Shown: one piece after another, positions 38,348 through 48,779 of the stretch
Numbering within the stretch: position 1 is the stretch's first letter
How the letters are laid out: each line of letters opens with the position of its first letter
From: an uncultured Acidobacteriaceae bacterium
GTDB taxonomy: Bacteria; Acidobacteriota; Terriglobia; Terriglobales; Acidobacteriaceae
Length of the DNA: 64,000 nucleotides
Reading direction: 5' to 3'
Assembly: GCA_963779555.1 (NCBI GenBank)
Contig: CAVZYS010000014.1
Span: forward strand, 453,425 to 517,424
Notes under the pieces: model-generated
The model's database searches: none
Told to the model about the DNA's origin: nothing
The model's input: the letters and a program-made list of their open reading frames with translations, nothing else
Made by a program: the position numbers and the translations under genes

Positions 38348-41300
38348 ATGAGCGAAAAAACACCAATCCGGTGGTTGCGTTTCCCGCTGTGGTTCTGGGC
38401 AGTGATGGCAGGACTGTTTGCCGTGCTGGTGGTAGCCATCGTCTGGTTTCTGGGCAGCCCCGCGTTCGAGGAGATCGTGCGTGGTCGCGTGGTCGCCGAA
38501 CTCCAGAAGGCAAGCGGCGGGAAGGTGGAGCTGCAGTCCCTGCACTGGAACGTAAAGCGACTGGAGATCGAGGCCAACGATCTGACGGTCCGCGGACTCG
38601 AGCCCGCGGGCGATGTGCCATTGGCGCACGCGGACCGGCTGTTCCTGCGATTGCGCGTGGTTTCGTTCCTCAAAACCAGCATCGATCTCAGCCAACTCAC
38701 TCTGGAACAGCCGGTGATCCACATCGTCGTCAAGCCGGATGGTTCCACCAATGTTCCCGAGCCGCAGGTGAAGACGAGCGGCGACCCGCTCCAGCAACTG
38801 TTTGATCTTGCCGTTGGCCGAGTCGAGCTCCGCAACGGCGCCTTGCTGCTGAATGAGCAAAAGCTGCTGCTGGACTTCAAAGCCAGCGACGTGGGACTCA
38901 CGATGGACTATGAGCGCCTGCAGCGGCGCTACGACAGCACCCTGCACATTGGCAAGATGGACGCGCAATACCAGGATTATCGCGACGTTGCAGCCAGCGC
39001 GGATGCCCAATTCAGCCTGTGGAAGAACCGTGTCCAGCTACGGTCGCTGAAGTTGACCTCGGAGCGGTCGTCGGTAGAGTTGAGCGGAACCGTCGATGAC
39101 TTCAGTCATCCGCGGCTGCAACTCACCTATGGGGGAACGATTGACCTGGCGCAAGCGGCTGCGATAACCCGTGCATACAACCTGCGCGGGGGAGGATTGA
39201 ACATCACCGGTTCGGGTGACTTCGCCGTGGACAACTTCACTACTAACGGGAAGCTGGTCCTACGCGGCGTCAACTATCAGGACCAAAGTTTCATCCTGCG
39301 CGACGCCAGCGCCGGAGCGGACTTTGCGGTCGATCGCGATCACATCCTACTGAAGAAAATCAATGTGCGTTTGCTGGGTGGGACGGTGACCGGTGATGCT
39401 GAGGTGAAGAACTACGCTCCCACCCTGGCGGTTACGACCGCACAAGTTCGGAACGAGAAGCCGGGGAAAGCCGGCAAGCCCACGGCGAGTGCCCCTCCTA
39501 AAACGCCGGGCGCTCTTCCAGTGCAGCAAGGCGCGGCAGATTTCAAGGTGAGCGGGGCGTCCCTGACGGAAGTGGTGCGCACCCTGTCCAGCAAGGCGCT
39601 TCCGCTGGACAAGTTGAACGCCACCGGCGCGGTGAATGGAACGGTCGGCATTGCCTGGCGGGAATCGATTACGCGCGCCACCGCCGAGTTGGCGCTCGAT
39701 GCCGTCGCTGCATCACAGAGCGAAGCCAACCAGTTGCCAACCAGTGGAACGTTGCGCGGCCATTACGACGTGCACTCGGGTTTGCTTGCAGTCTCGCAAT
39801 TGAACCTGGCCACGCCGCATACCGAGGCGAGTGCATCCGGGGAACTGGGATCACGCGACGTGCAGTTGAAGGTCGCCATCACCACCAGCAGCCTGCAGGA
39901 GTTTCAGCCTTTATTGACTGCAGTGGGCCAGTCATCGCTGCCGGTAGAACTCAATGGCAGGGCGAGTTTCAATGGCACCATTGGCGGCAAGATCGCGCAT
40001 CCTGACGTTGCCGGACGCCTGCTGGCGACGGATTTCAGCTATATCTACACTCCTGCTCCGCCACCTGCGGCAACACCGCCGCCGCCGCAGGTTAGCGCCG
40101 TGGCATCGCTGTTGCACCTCGGACAAGCGCCGCCTGAACCACAGCCCCAACCTATTTCAAAGGTGCGGCGTGTCCATATCGATTCGTTTGCCGGCGATGT
40201 GCAGTATGGCAGGACTGCGTTGGCGCTGCACAACGGAGTGATCGAGCAGGGCGGCGCTCAACTGAACGTAGATGGTTCAGCGACTCTGGAGAATGGCAGT
40301 TTCACCGCCAACACCCCGTTCGAGGTTCGCGCTACGATTCACAACGCGAGCGTTGCTGACCTGCAGCGGATGGCGGGAGTCGATTATCCCCTGTCGGGTA
40401 TGGTGAACTTCAGCCTGCAAGCGTCGGGCACTGAGAATGATGCGCGCGGTCGAGGGCAGTTGTCGCTGAATGGAGGCGAGGCCTATGGCCATCCCATCAA
40501 GACGCTGACCTCGGATATCGTACTGGCGAATCACGAAGCGGCGTTCGAGAACATTCGCCTCGAAGCCCTGGGCGGAGCAGTGGCGGGCTCTGCGGCCTAC
40601 AACTTCAACAGCCGGATGATGCGGTCCGACCTGCGCGGTGACAACATCGACTTGGAGAAAGTCACCGAACTTCAGTCCGCGCCACTGCAGGAGCGAGGTA
40701 CCGCCAGCTTCACCCTCAAGACATCGGGCACGCTCGATCAGCCAGTGGTGGATGCGCACCTCGAAGTGGCTAACCTTGTATTCAGCGACGAGCGCGCCGG
40801 AGGGCTGGTACTGGATGTCGTAAGCCAAGGCAGCAGACTGCAAATCACGGGACGTTCGAAGTTCGCGCAGGCGACTCTCGCGCTCGACGGCACGGTGGAT
40901 ATGAAGGGTGACATGGAGAGCGATCTGCAGTTGCAGTTCTCGCAGGTCGACATCGATCCATTGTTGCGCACCGAGATCAAAGGGAGGATCACCAATCACT
41001 CTACATTGGCTGGGCATGCCAACGTCACGGGCCCACTGCGCAGGCCGCAAGCGCTTAAGGGCACGGCGCATGTGGACGCATTCAGTGTTGAGGTGGAGAA
41101 GATCGCTATTCACAGCGATGGTCCCATCGAATTGGCGTTAGCCGATAAGGTGGTCACGCTGCAGCGCCTGACGGTGGCGGCCCAGGACACCAATCTCAGC
41201 GTTGGCGGCACGGTTGACCTCAAGGGGGACCGCCCGCTGAATCTGTATGCCAAGGGACACGTCAACCTCGCGCTGGTCCATGTGCTGGATGACGAGATCA

Positions 41301-42502
41301 CGTCCTACGGTTCGACTGACGCCGACGTCACGGTGCGCGGCACCTTAGCCAAACCGGTCATGAACGGACGTGTGGTCGTGGCCCACGCTGGATTCTCGCT
41401 CATCGATCTGCCGGCCGCTCTGGGTGAACTGAACGGGGCGCTGGTGTTTAACCAGGATCGGCTGGAGGTCGAACGCCTTTCGGGGCGCGTGGGCGGCGGA
41501 CAGGTGAACGTTTCCGGGTATATCACGTACGGCAACACGATTGGCTTCGACCTCACCACCAACGGCACCGACGTTCGCTTCCGTTATGGCGGAATAAGCG
41601 TTACGGCGGACCAGAACCTGCGCCTCAATGGCACACTGCGAGGCTCAACCCTGAGCGGCGACATCACCGTCACGCGCTTTGCGCAGATTCCTTCGACGGA
41701 CTTCGCAGCGGCATTTGCCAGCCCAACTGTGGAAGTACCGAATCCGTCGTCACCGCTCAACAACCTGCGTCTGGATGTGCGGATTGTCTCGGCGCCTGAG
41801 TTGACAGTGCAGACTTCGCTGGCAAAACTGTCGGGCGACGCCGATCTGCGTCTGCGAGGCACGGCCATGCGGCCGGTTCTGCTGGGCCGCATCAACATAG
41901 CGGAAGGCGACATCAACCTCAACGGCGCCAAGTATCACCTCGACCGCGGCGATATCACATTTGCCAACCCGGTACACATCGATCCAATCCTTGACATGGA
42001 AGCCACGACGCGGGTACGTGACTACGACATCACGATCGGACTGCACGGCACCATGGAGAAGCTGACCACCACGTACCGGTCGGATCCGCCGCTTTCGAGC
42101 GACGACATCATCGCCCTGCTGGCCTTTGGCCGCACCCAGGAAGAAGGCTTCGGAGCGAGCGCCGCGAGTAACAGCGGCGTGGGCGCGGGGGCGGGCAATC
42201 TGGTACTCGGGCAGGTCATCAACCAGACGGTCAGCAATAGAGTTTCGAAACTGTTTGGCGTCAGTTCGATCCGCATCAATCCCTCGGTGGGCGGGCCCGA
42301 CAACAACCCGAGTGCGCGCCTGACCATCGAGCAGCAGGTGTCGAAGGACGTCACCCTGACCTACATCACCAACCTGACTCAGTCAGCGCAGCAGGTCATT
42401 CAGTTCGAATACAACATCAATACCGAATACACGGTCCAGGCGATTCGAGACGAGAACGGTGTGGTGAGCTTCGACTTGCTCATCCGGAAGCGGAAGAAGT
42501 AG
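38348..42502 (+). CDS. tamB: translocation and assembly module protein TamB (DUF490)
   Basis: N-terminal TM anchor, a very long beta-rich body and a C-terminal DUF490-like end (RLTIEQQVSKDVTLTYITNL...FEYNI...). Starts 1 nt after the preceding stop. Confidence 0.8.
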   Translation: MSEKTPIRWLRFPLWFWAVMAGLFAVLVVAIVWFLGSPAFEEIVRGRVVAELQKASGGKVELQSLHWNVKRLEIEANDLTVRGLEPAGDVPLAHADRLFLRLRVVSFLKTSIDLSQLTLEQPVIHIVVKPDGSTNVPEPQVKTSGDPLQQLFDLAVGRVELRNGALLLNEQKLLLDFKASDVGLTMDYERLQRRYDSTLHIGKMDAQYQDYRDVAASADAQFSLWKNRVQLRSLKLTSERSSVELSGTVDDFSHPRLQLTYGGTIDLAQAAAITRAYNLRGGGLNITGSGDFAVDNFTTNGKLVLRGVNYQDQSFILRDASAGADFAVDRDHILLKKINVRLLGGTVTGDAEVKNYAPTLAVTTAQVRNEKPGKAGKPTASAPPKTPGALPVQQGAADFKVSGASLTEVVRTLSSKALPLDKLNATGAVNGTVGIAWRESITRATAELALDAVAASQSEANQLPTSGTLRGHYDVHSGLLAVSQLNLATPHTEASASGELGSRDVQLKVAITTSSLQEFQPLLTAVGQSSLPVELNGRASFNGTIGGKIAHPDVAGRLLATDFSYIYTPAPPPAATPPPPQVSAVASLLHLGQAPPEPQPQPISKVRRVHIDSFAGDVQYGRTALALHNGVIEQGGAQLNVDGSATLENGSFTANTPFEVRATIHNASVADLQRMAGVDYPLSGMVNFSLQASGTENDARGRGQLSLNGGEAYGHPIKTLTSDIVLANHEAAFENIRLEALGGAVAGSAAYNFNSRMMRSDLRGDNIDLEKVTELQSAPLQERGTASFTLKTSGTLDQPVVDAHLEVANLVFSDERAGGLVLDVVSQGSRLQITGRSKFAQATLALDGTVDMKGDMESDLQLQFSQVDIDPLLRTEIKGRITNHSTLAGHANVTGPLRRPQALKGTAHVDAFSVEVEKIAIHSDGPIELALADKVVTLQRLTVAAQDTNLSVGGTVDLKGDRPLNLYAKGHVNLALVHVLDDEITSYGSTDADVTVRGTLAKPVMNGRVVVAHAGFSLIDLPAALGELNGALVFNQDRLEVERLSGRVGGGQVNVSGYITYGNTIGFDLTTNGTDVRFRYGGISVTADQNLRLNGTLRGSTLSGDITVTRFAQIPSTDFAAAFASPTVEVPNPSSPLNNLRLDVRIVSAPELTVQTSLAKLSGDADLRLRGTAMRPVLLGRINIAEGDINLNGAKYHLDRGDITFANPVHIDPILDMEATTRVRDYDITIGLHGTMEKLTTTYRSDPPLSSDDIIALLAFGRTQEEGFGASAASNSGVGAGAGNLVLGQVINQTVSNRVSKLFGVSSIRINPSVGGPDNNPSARLTIEQQVSKDVTLTYITNLTQSAQQVIQFEYNINTEYTVQAIRDENGVVSFDLLIRKRKK

Positions 42503-42535
42503 CGCCGACCGTGCAACATTTCCGCAGACATTTTA

Positions 42536-43207
42536 ATGAGCTGGATGAGTCGGACGATGAATCCGGAGGAACTGGCCGAACAGCGTGCCCGCATGGTGGA
42601 GGAGCAACTGCGCCGACGGGGCATTCGTGATGAGCGCGTACTGGCAGCCATGAGCAAAGTTCCGCGCGAGAGCTTCATTGCTCCCGAATACGCGCGGGAA
42701 GCCTACGCCGACGGCCCCATCCCGATTGGCTCCGGTCAAACCGTGTCGCAGCCGTACATGGTGGCGGCGATGGTGGAGGCACTAGAGGTGCAGCCCTCTG
42801 ATCGGGTGCTGGAAGTGGGGACGGGCACTGGCTATGAGGCGGCCGTCCTGGGAGAACTGGCCGGTGAGGTTTGGACCGTCGAGCGGCACGCCGATCTGGC
42901 GGACAAGGCGCGCCAAATCCTGTCAGAACTCGGCTACGGAAATGTGCGGGTGGTCCACGGCGATGGCAGTTTAGGATTGCCGGAGCAAGCCCCGTTCAAC
43001 AAGATCCTGGTGGCTGCGGGCGCGCCGCAAGCGCCTCCCAGCCTGATTGCACAGTTGGCCGAAGGTGGAATTCTGGCCGTGCCGGTGGGTAACCGCGTCG
43101 AGCAGCAGTTACAAGTCGCGCGCAAGATTGGCGGCCAGATGGTCATATCCCGCCAGGTGTTATGTTGCTTCGTGCCGCTGTTGGGCGCCGAAGGATGGGA
43201 TCCGTAA
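42536..43207 (+). CDS. pcm: protein-L-isoaspartate O-methyltransferase
   Basis: GQTVSQPYMVAAM and VLEVGTGTGYEAAVL motifs at the typical length. Confidence 0.9.
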   Translation: MSWMSRTMNPEELAEQRARMVEEQLRRRGIRDERVLAAMSKVPRESFIAPEYAREAYADGPIPIGSGQTVSQPYMVAAMVEALEVQPSDRVLEVGTGTGYEAAVLGELAGEVWTVERHADLADKARQILSELGYGNVRVVHGDGSLGLPEQAPFNKILVAAGAPQAPPSLIAQLAEGGILAVPVGNRVEQQLQVARKIGGQMVISRQVLCCFVPLLGAEGWDP

Positions 43208-43211
43208 TGGC

Positions 43212-43758
43212 TCAGTGCAGCAGCAACACCGTGGCCGCCGTTACGATTCCGGCTGCTGCAAACACCATTCCCAGCATCCAATAGTGCTTCCGTCCCGTGA
43301 GCAACGTGATCGAAGTTACGACCAGGGCTATCTCGAGAAACACTTCGCCGAGGTCGAATCGGTTGGCACGCTGCGTTTCGTGGCGCAGCTCAGCTTCCAG
43401 TTCATGCGCTTCGTTTTGGAGCTCTATCCTTGTCCTGGCGATACCGCTCGATGTCGCCCTCAAAGCGTTTCTGTACCTGCTCGGCCTTTTCGTTTTTGCC
43501 TTCGAGCGCGCCCAGAACGTCGTTCAGCGCCTGCAGGTTGTTCAGTCGCAGATTCTTGGCCTGGTAGTACGCCCACTGATCAGTGACCTTGTTTTGCAGG
43601 ATGATTTCTTCGGTGTGCGCGCGATGTCCCAACAACGAGATGGTCGCTACCAGCACGGCCACAATGGCCATGGTGAGGCTCGCCGGAGCGAGTTCTTTTC
43701 GCTCCTTGGCTTCCTCGGCACGTTCCCGCAATTCGTTAAGCTCTTCGCCAGCTGACAC
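43212..43758 (-). pseudogene. DUF4337-like membrane protein, frame-disrupted
   Basis: ORF 43402..43758 (N-terminal TM + WAYYQAKNLR) and ORF 43212..43463 (RFDLGEVFLEIALVVTSITLL, C-terminal TM) together read as one DUF4337-type protein. The junction is near 43425..43445. Confidence 0.6.
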
Positions 43759-43874
43759 GATTCCCCCTGAGTGTTTCTGTCTGACAGAGTGAGTGAGGAG
43801 AATACTACCGAGTCACCGCGGCTAGTACAAGCACAGCGAGAGATCTGAGATTTTCGACTCTGCCGTCCCGCCGC

Positions 43875-44153
43875 CTATGCACACTTGGATTCTGCAGCAT
43901 GAACGGCTTTGCGGAGTTCGTCCACCAACGGTCCGAACGGCCGGCTGCGTTCAGCGTCGAGTTGACGCAAACGCTCCTCGATGTCGATGAGCACTTTCTC
44001 CGCATCCTCGAGGGCGCGGCGGGCAAATGTCAGGTTGCCGGCATGTAACTCACCCAGCGCTGAATCGACGAGACCGAAGCCAATGTCCACATCAGCCTCA
44101 ATCAACTCCACCTGGATACGATCGTATGCCCGATGCTGGTGGTCGTTGCTCAT
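43875..44153 (-). CDS. hypothetical small helical protein
   Basis: 92-96 aa ORF with coding-like composition (MSNDHQHRAYDRIQVELIEADVDIGFGLVD...). No domain recognised. Confidence 0.45.
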   Translation of the reverse strand: MSNDHQHRAYDRIQVELIEADVDIGFGLVDSALGELHAGNLTFARRALEDAEKVLIDIEERLRQLDAERSRPFGPLVDELRKAVHAAESKCA

Positions 44154-44249
44154 GTGTCCCCACACCGTCGGCGTGCGCCTGATACTTTATCGCACTTAGC
44201 TGTACGGTGCAGGGAGAGGTTGGGGTTGCGTGCACGCCAGGGGAGGTGG

Positions 44250-46101
44250 TTATTTTGCGTCAGATGCAGATTGCGTGGCTTCGGGCTTCCCACGAAAGTG
44301 TTGCAGGATGGCGTTGGCCTGGGGGCGGCTGACTACCGAGGCCAGCGCGGCGGCATCGGCCTGCTTGACCGCCTCCAGACTGCCAAAGTGCTGCAGCAGG
44401 CGGCGGGTGGTTTCCGCGCCAACACCGGGAACATTCAACAACTCCGTCTTGTGGTCACGCATCTCGCGTCGCTTGCGGTGAAACGTCACGGCAAAGCGGT
44501 GGGCTTCGTCACGCACCATCTGCACCAGGTGCAGGACAGGCGAGTGCCGATCGAGCACGATCGGGTCGTCCTCCTGGCCTTGTACGTAGATGATCTCTTC
44601 GCGCTTGGCGATGGAAGCCAGCGGCTGATTCACGATGGCTCAACGCCTCCAGCGCATCCGCGGCGGCATGCAACTGGCCGATGCCTCCGTCGATGAGGAT
44701 CAAACTGGGCAGCGGCTTCTCCTCCGCCTGCAGTCGCGCGTAGCGACGGGTCACCACCTCGCGCATCGAGGCAAAATCGTCCACGCCTTCTACGGTCTTG
44801 ATGATGAACTTGCGGTAGTCCGACTTCTTCATCCTGCCGTCTTCCCACACCACCATCGATGCAACGGTTTCAGCGCCTTGAATGTGCGAGATGTCGAAGC
44901 ACTCGATGCGCTGCGGCAACTCCGTCAGGCTGAGCGCATCTTGCAGCGCTTCCTGGATGACCTTGGCTGCGGGCTTCATCACGCGGAATCGCTGGTCGTA
45001 GGCTTGCTTCGCGTTTTGTCCGACCAGATCGACCAGCGAGCGTTTCTCGCCGCGCTGCGGCGCATGGATCTGCACCTTGCGCTCGCGGCCTTCGGAGAGC
45101 ACTTCCTCCAACATGGGGCGGTCTTCAAAATCGACGGGCACATAAACGTTGTGCGGGATGTATTGCTGGTCGAGATACACCTGCTTCAACAGCGCCGCGA
45201 AGAACTCGCCGGGATGGAAGCCATCCTCGCCGACGATTTCGTGCATGTCTTCCCAGAAGAACTCGCGCTTGTCCATGATCTTGCCGCCGCGCATGTGGAA
45301 CAGGTTTACGGCCAGCATGTGGTTCTCGTAGTGATAGCCGAAAACGTCGGCGTCATCGCCATCGACGGCGTGCATGCGCTGCTTCTGTCCAACCAGTTCG
45401 ACAGTAGAAATGAGGTCGCGGTACTTGGCCGCCAGTTCGTACTGCTCGCGCGAGGCAGCGGCGTTCATGCGTTCGTGAAGAGAGCGGGTCAGATCGGCGC
45501 CGCGGCCTTCCAGAAACAGCTTCACATCGTGTACGGCTTCGGCGTAGCGATCAGGGGTGGTAAGTCCCGCAACGCAGGGTCCGAGACATCTTCCGATGTA
45601 GTACTGCAGACACGGCCGCGGATGGTTGCGGTTCAAGTCGATCTTGCATGAAGGAATCAGAAAATTGCGATGGATGAGATCGACTAGGCGATAGGCGAGG
45701 CTGGTGGGGAAGTACGGTCCGAAGTAGAGCGACCCATCCTTGCGCAGGCGGCGCGTGGCATACACGCGTGGATAGCGTTCGCCCAGGGTCAGCTTGATAT
45801 AGGGATACGACTTGTCGTCACGCAACAGGATGTTGTAGCGCGGCTTCTTCTGCTTGATCAGATTGTTTTCAAGCGCGAGTGCTTCCTTCTCATTGTCGAC
45901 CACGATGTAGTCGAGATCGACGGCCTCACGCAGCAGCGTGCCCGTCTTGGCGTTCTCCGCCGCGCCTTCGAGAAAATAGGAGCGCACCCGCGAGCGCAGG
46001 TTGTTGGCCTTGCCTACATAGATGACTTGGCCTTCGGCGTTTTTATAGAGGTAAACGCCGGCCGAGGTCGGCAAGGTACGGATTTTCTGATGCAAGTCCA
46101 T
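44250..46101 (-). pseudogene. uvrC: excinuclease ABC subunit C, frame-disrupted
   Basis: ORF 44509..46101 has the GIY-YIG domain (GVYLYKNAEGQVIYVGKANNLRSRVRSYF), UVR and RNase-H-like parts. ORF 44250..44633 continues with ...NQPLASIAKREEIIYV...RDEAHRFA... and the (HhH)2 end. The junction is at about 44633..44642 (one extra C). Confidence 0.85.
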
Positions 46102-46334
46102 GTATAGGAAGGTAATCAGTTTGATGATGCCGATGCTGGTTCTGGCCTACGTTTTCACCCTGTAAAAATTTTACTACCCGCGTCAGGATTATCCGGTGCA
46201 ATTTGACTCGCCGGCTGGCCTGCTTTCCAAGTGATTGAAAATAGTGCGGAATAACCCTGGGGTCACATAAACACACGATTGGCAGCCGACGTGCATTTCA
46301 CAGTGTTGAAGTCTGTTTCGTAGGAGTTACCGCA

Positions 46335-47066
46335 ATGAGCAGAATCTCTCTTGTCTTGGTGCTGGTCGTAGGCACAATGTTGTCCACCGTCGGTTGTGCG
46401 ACTAAGAAATATGTTCAGAGCCAGATCACGCCCATCAACAACAAAATTGGCGAACTGAACGACATCACGTCGAAGAACACGGCCGATATCAAGGACGTCG
46501 ACGGCAAGGCGCAGCAGGGGATCCAGGCGGCCAACCAGGCTGACCAGAAAGCGATTGCCGCGGGAGACTCCGCAGATCAGGCCAGCCAGAAGGCCAACCA
46601 CGTGGCCGGCAACTTGAATGGGCTCCAGGGAACCGTCGAGAACCTGGATAACTACAAGGCTTCCGCCAATACGACCATCCAGTTCGGATTCAACAAGGCG
46701 ACGCTGACCAAGGCCGACCAGCAGATGCTGGACGAGTTTGCGCAGCAAGTCTCCAGCCAGAAGCACTACATCATCCAGGTGCAGGGCTACACCGATGGCG
46801 TCGGCTCGGCTGAGTACAACAACACGTTAAGCCGGCGCCGTGCTGACGCGGTGATCCAGTACCTCGCTGCGAAGCACAACGTTCCTCCGTACCGGATTTA
46901 CATCATCGGTCTGGGCAAGGACAACCCAGTCGCTGAAAACAAGAATGCCGTTGGCCGCGCCAAGAACCGCCGGGTTGACGTTGCGCTGCTGACCAACTCG
47001 CTGGATTCGACGTCGGCCCATGCTAACCCGCCCCCGCAGACGCAGCCGTCCACCGATCAACAGTAG
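46335..47066 (+). CDS. OmpA-family peptidoglycan-binding lipoprotein
   Basis: Lipobox LSTVGC, a coiled-coil spacer and a C-terminal OmpA domain (GYTDGVGSAEYNNTLSRRRADAV...NRRVDV). Confidence 0.85.
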   Translation: MSRISLVLVLVVGTMLSTVGCATKKYVQSQITPINNKIGELNDITSKNTADIKDVDGKAQQGIQAANQADQKAIAAGDSADQASQKANHVAGNLNGLQGTVENLDNYKASANTTIQFGFNKATLTKADQQMLDEFAQQVSSQKHYIIQVQGYTDGVGSAEYNNTLSRRRADAVIQYLAAKHNVPPYRIYIIGLGKDNPVAENKNAVGRAKNRRVDVALLTNSLDSTSAHANPPPQTQPSTDQQ

Positions 47067-47120
47067 ACGGCCCAGATTGCCGTCCGGGGAACTAAGTTAA
47101 TACCAACCTGAGAGAGACAA

Positions 47121-47152
47121 GGCCGTCCGCTTATCGGACGGCCTTTCGATTT
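47121..47152 (+). terminator. Rho-independent terminator
   Basis: ggccgtccg-cttat-cggacggcc 9-bp stem followed by tttcgattt, about 55 nt after the OmpA-like stop. Confidence 0.8.
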
Positions 47153-47307
47153 GGCCGAACGCAAAGCAGGCTCCGATCGACGCCTCGGAATTTGCGCCCG
47201 GATTTAAAGGACCCTGCTGTCGCACCAGAAAATGCGGCGCCGATAATTGCAAGTCCTATGTAAGATCTTGGCGAGTGACTCGCGCGATCTTCGGGTTGCA
47301 ATAGAAT

Positions 47308-47892
47308 ATGAGTGTGCGGCTACGCCTCCTGATTCTCGCAATTGTGTGTCTTTGCCTGACGGGTGCTGCCATCTCGCAGAACCCGGACGATGGCCCCATC
47401 ACGCGCGTGCCGGTGGACAAGTCCGCTCCTCCGCCGAAGGACAATCGCAAGGCCCCGCCGCGTTCCGACACGCTCGCACCGGATGAGAGCTCCAGCAAGG
47501 AGACGCAGATTGATGTGGCTCCGCCCTCGGGAGATGAGAAACATCCCGGAGCGGACGAGAGCGAGTTCAACGAGTTTCATCCCTGGGACCCGCACAAGGC
47601 GATGAAGTGCATTGAGGTCGGCGATTGGTACTTCAAGCAGGGTAACTACCGCGCCGCCATCAGCCGCTACCAGGAAGCGCTGGAGTGGAAGCCGAAAGAC
47701 GCCGAAGCCACCTACAAACTGGGCGAGGTACAGGAGAAGAGCGGCGACCTGACTGCTGCACTGGGCAGCTATCAGGAGTATCTTAAGATCCTGCCCAAAG
47801 GCCCTTATGCCGAAAAGGCGCAGAAGGGCGTTGACCGCCTCAAAACCAAAGCGGGCGTGAATGCGGCCCAGTCGACGCCCAAGCCGAGTTGA
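47308..47892 (+). CDS. TPR-repeat protein, secreted
   Basis: Signal peptide, a low-complexity region, then TPR-like repeats (GNYRAAISRYQEALEWKPKDAEATYKLGEVQEKSGDL...). Confidence 0.7.
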   Translation: MSVRLRLLILAIVCLCLTGAAISQNPDDGPITRVPVDKSAPPPKDNRKAPPRSDTLAPDESSSKETQIDVAPPSGDEKHPGADESEFNEFHPWDPHKAMKCIEVGDWYFKQGNYRAAISRYQEALEWKPKDAEATYKLGEVQEKSGDLTAALGSYQEYLKILPKGPYAEKAQKGVDRLKTKAGVNAAQSTPKPS

Positions 47893-47945
47893 TTGCGAGT
47901 TGAATCATACGCACAGATAGACAACTGGTTGGAACCTGGCGGCTG

Positions 47946-48338
47946 GTGTCGATGGAAGACACCATGCACGATGGCTCGGTCCGGCCTCCCGATCGATTCG
48001 GCCCGCACTCCATTGGCTTTCTGATGTACGACCCGGATGGGCACATGTGCGCCTCGATCATGAATCCCGATCGCCCGGCGTGGAAAGACCCGGACAAGCC
48101 AACCGACGAAGAAAAGATCGCCTGCTACAACACCTTCATCGCCTATTGCGGCGCCTATACGGTCGACGAAGAAAAGTCGGTCGTCACCCATTATCCGGTG
48201 GTGGCGTGGGCGCCGGCATACGTCGGATCGACCCAGGTGCGCCCCTTCAAGATCGAGGGCAAGCGGCTGACGATCACCGTAGCGAATCCACTCCCCACGG
48301 TGACCCAACGAGTCTTGATCTGGGAGCGGGCGCAGTAG
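47946..48338 (+). CDS. lipocalin-like domain protein
   Basis: GFLMYDPDGHM...YCGAYTVDEEKSVVTHYP... pattern. The family's usual LVGTWRLVS N-terminal motif is encoded in frame just upstream of the first canonical start codon (see findings). Confidence 0.6.
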   Translation: MSMEDTMHDGSVRPPDRFGPHSIGFLMYDPDGHMCASIMNPDRPAWKDPDKPTDEEKIACYNTFIAYCGAYTVDEEKSVVTHYPVVAWAPAYVGSTQVRPFKIEGKRLTITVANPLPTVTQRVLIWERAQ

Positions 48339-48779
48339 AAGTCATCCGAGAGACCGGATCCCTGCAGACGTTTGAGTGTGATTGTGCTTTGGCCGACTGC
48401 ATCCTGAATCGAAAAAGTCGCCGAGCCATCGGGTAAGTGATATTCGGTTATCTCCTAAGGTATATTCCCTATTTCCTGAACGCTCCTCTTCCTCTATTGT
48501 CATTTTCGCTGTGTTATTGGCCTTTTTCCAAAGGATCGGAGGGAGACTGTTCAATACATCAGGTGTGTGGCACGCGGTCATGACGGCGGTGGCGTTAATT
48601 TTGTGGCCGCAGCTTGCCATCGCAAAGAACGAACGTAAGTTCTCGTTTCCTCGAACCTCGATTTTGGGACCGAACCTGCAAGTATCGCCGTGATTTTCAC
48701 CCGGTCGAACGATTGGACGATAGTTTCGCCGTTACTTTGAATCAAGGAAGTTCCGGCCTGTTTGCTTTGGAGGACTACG

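Noticed and set aside
35057-38901. Long antisense ORFs inside bamA, the surA-like gene and tamB (35057..36043, 36350..37354, 37639..38901, 38201..39010)
   Set aside because: These are typical shadow ORFs of GC-rich DNA. Their translations are Arg/Gly/His-rich with no motifs, while the sense strand encodes clear Omp85, SurA_N and TamB sequence.
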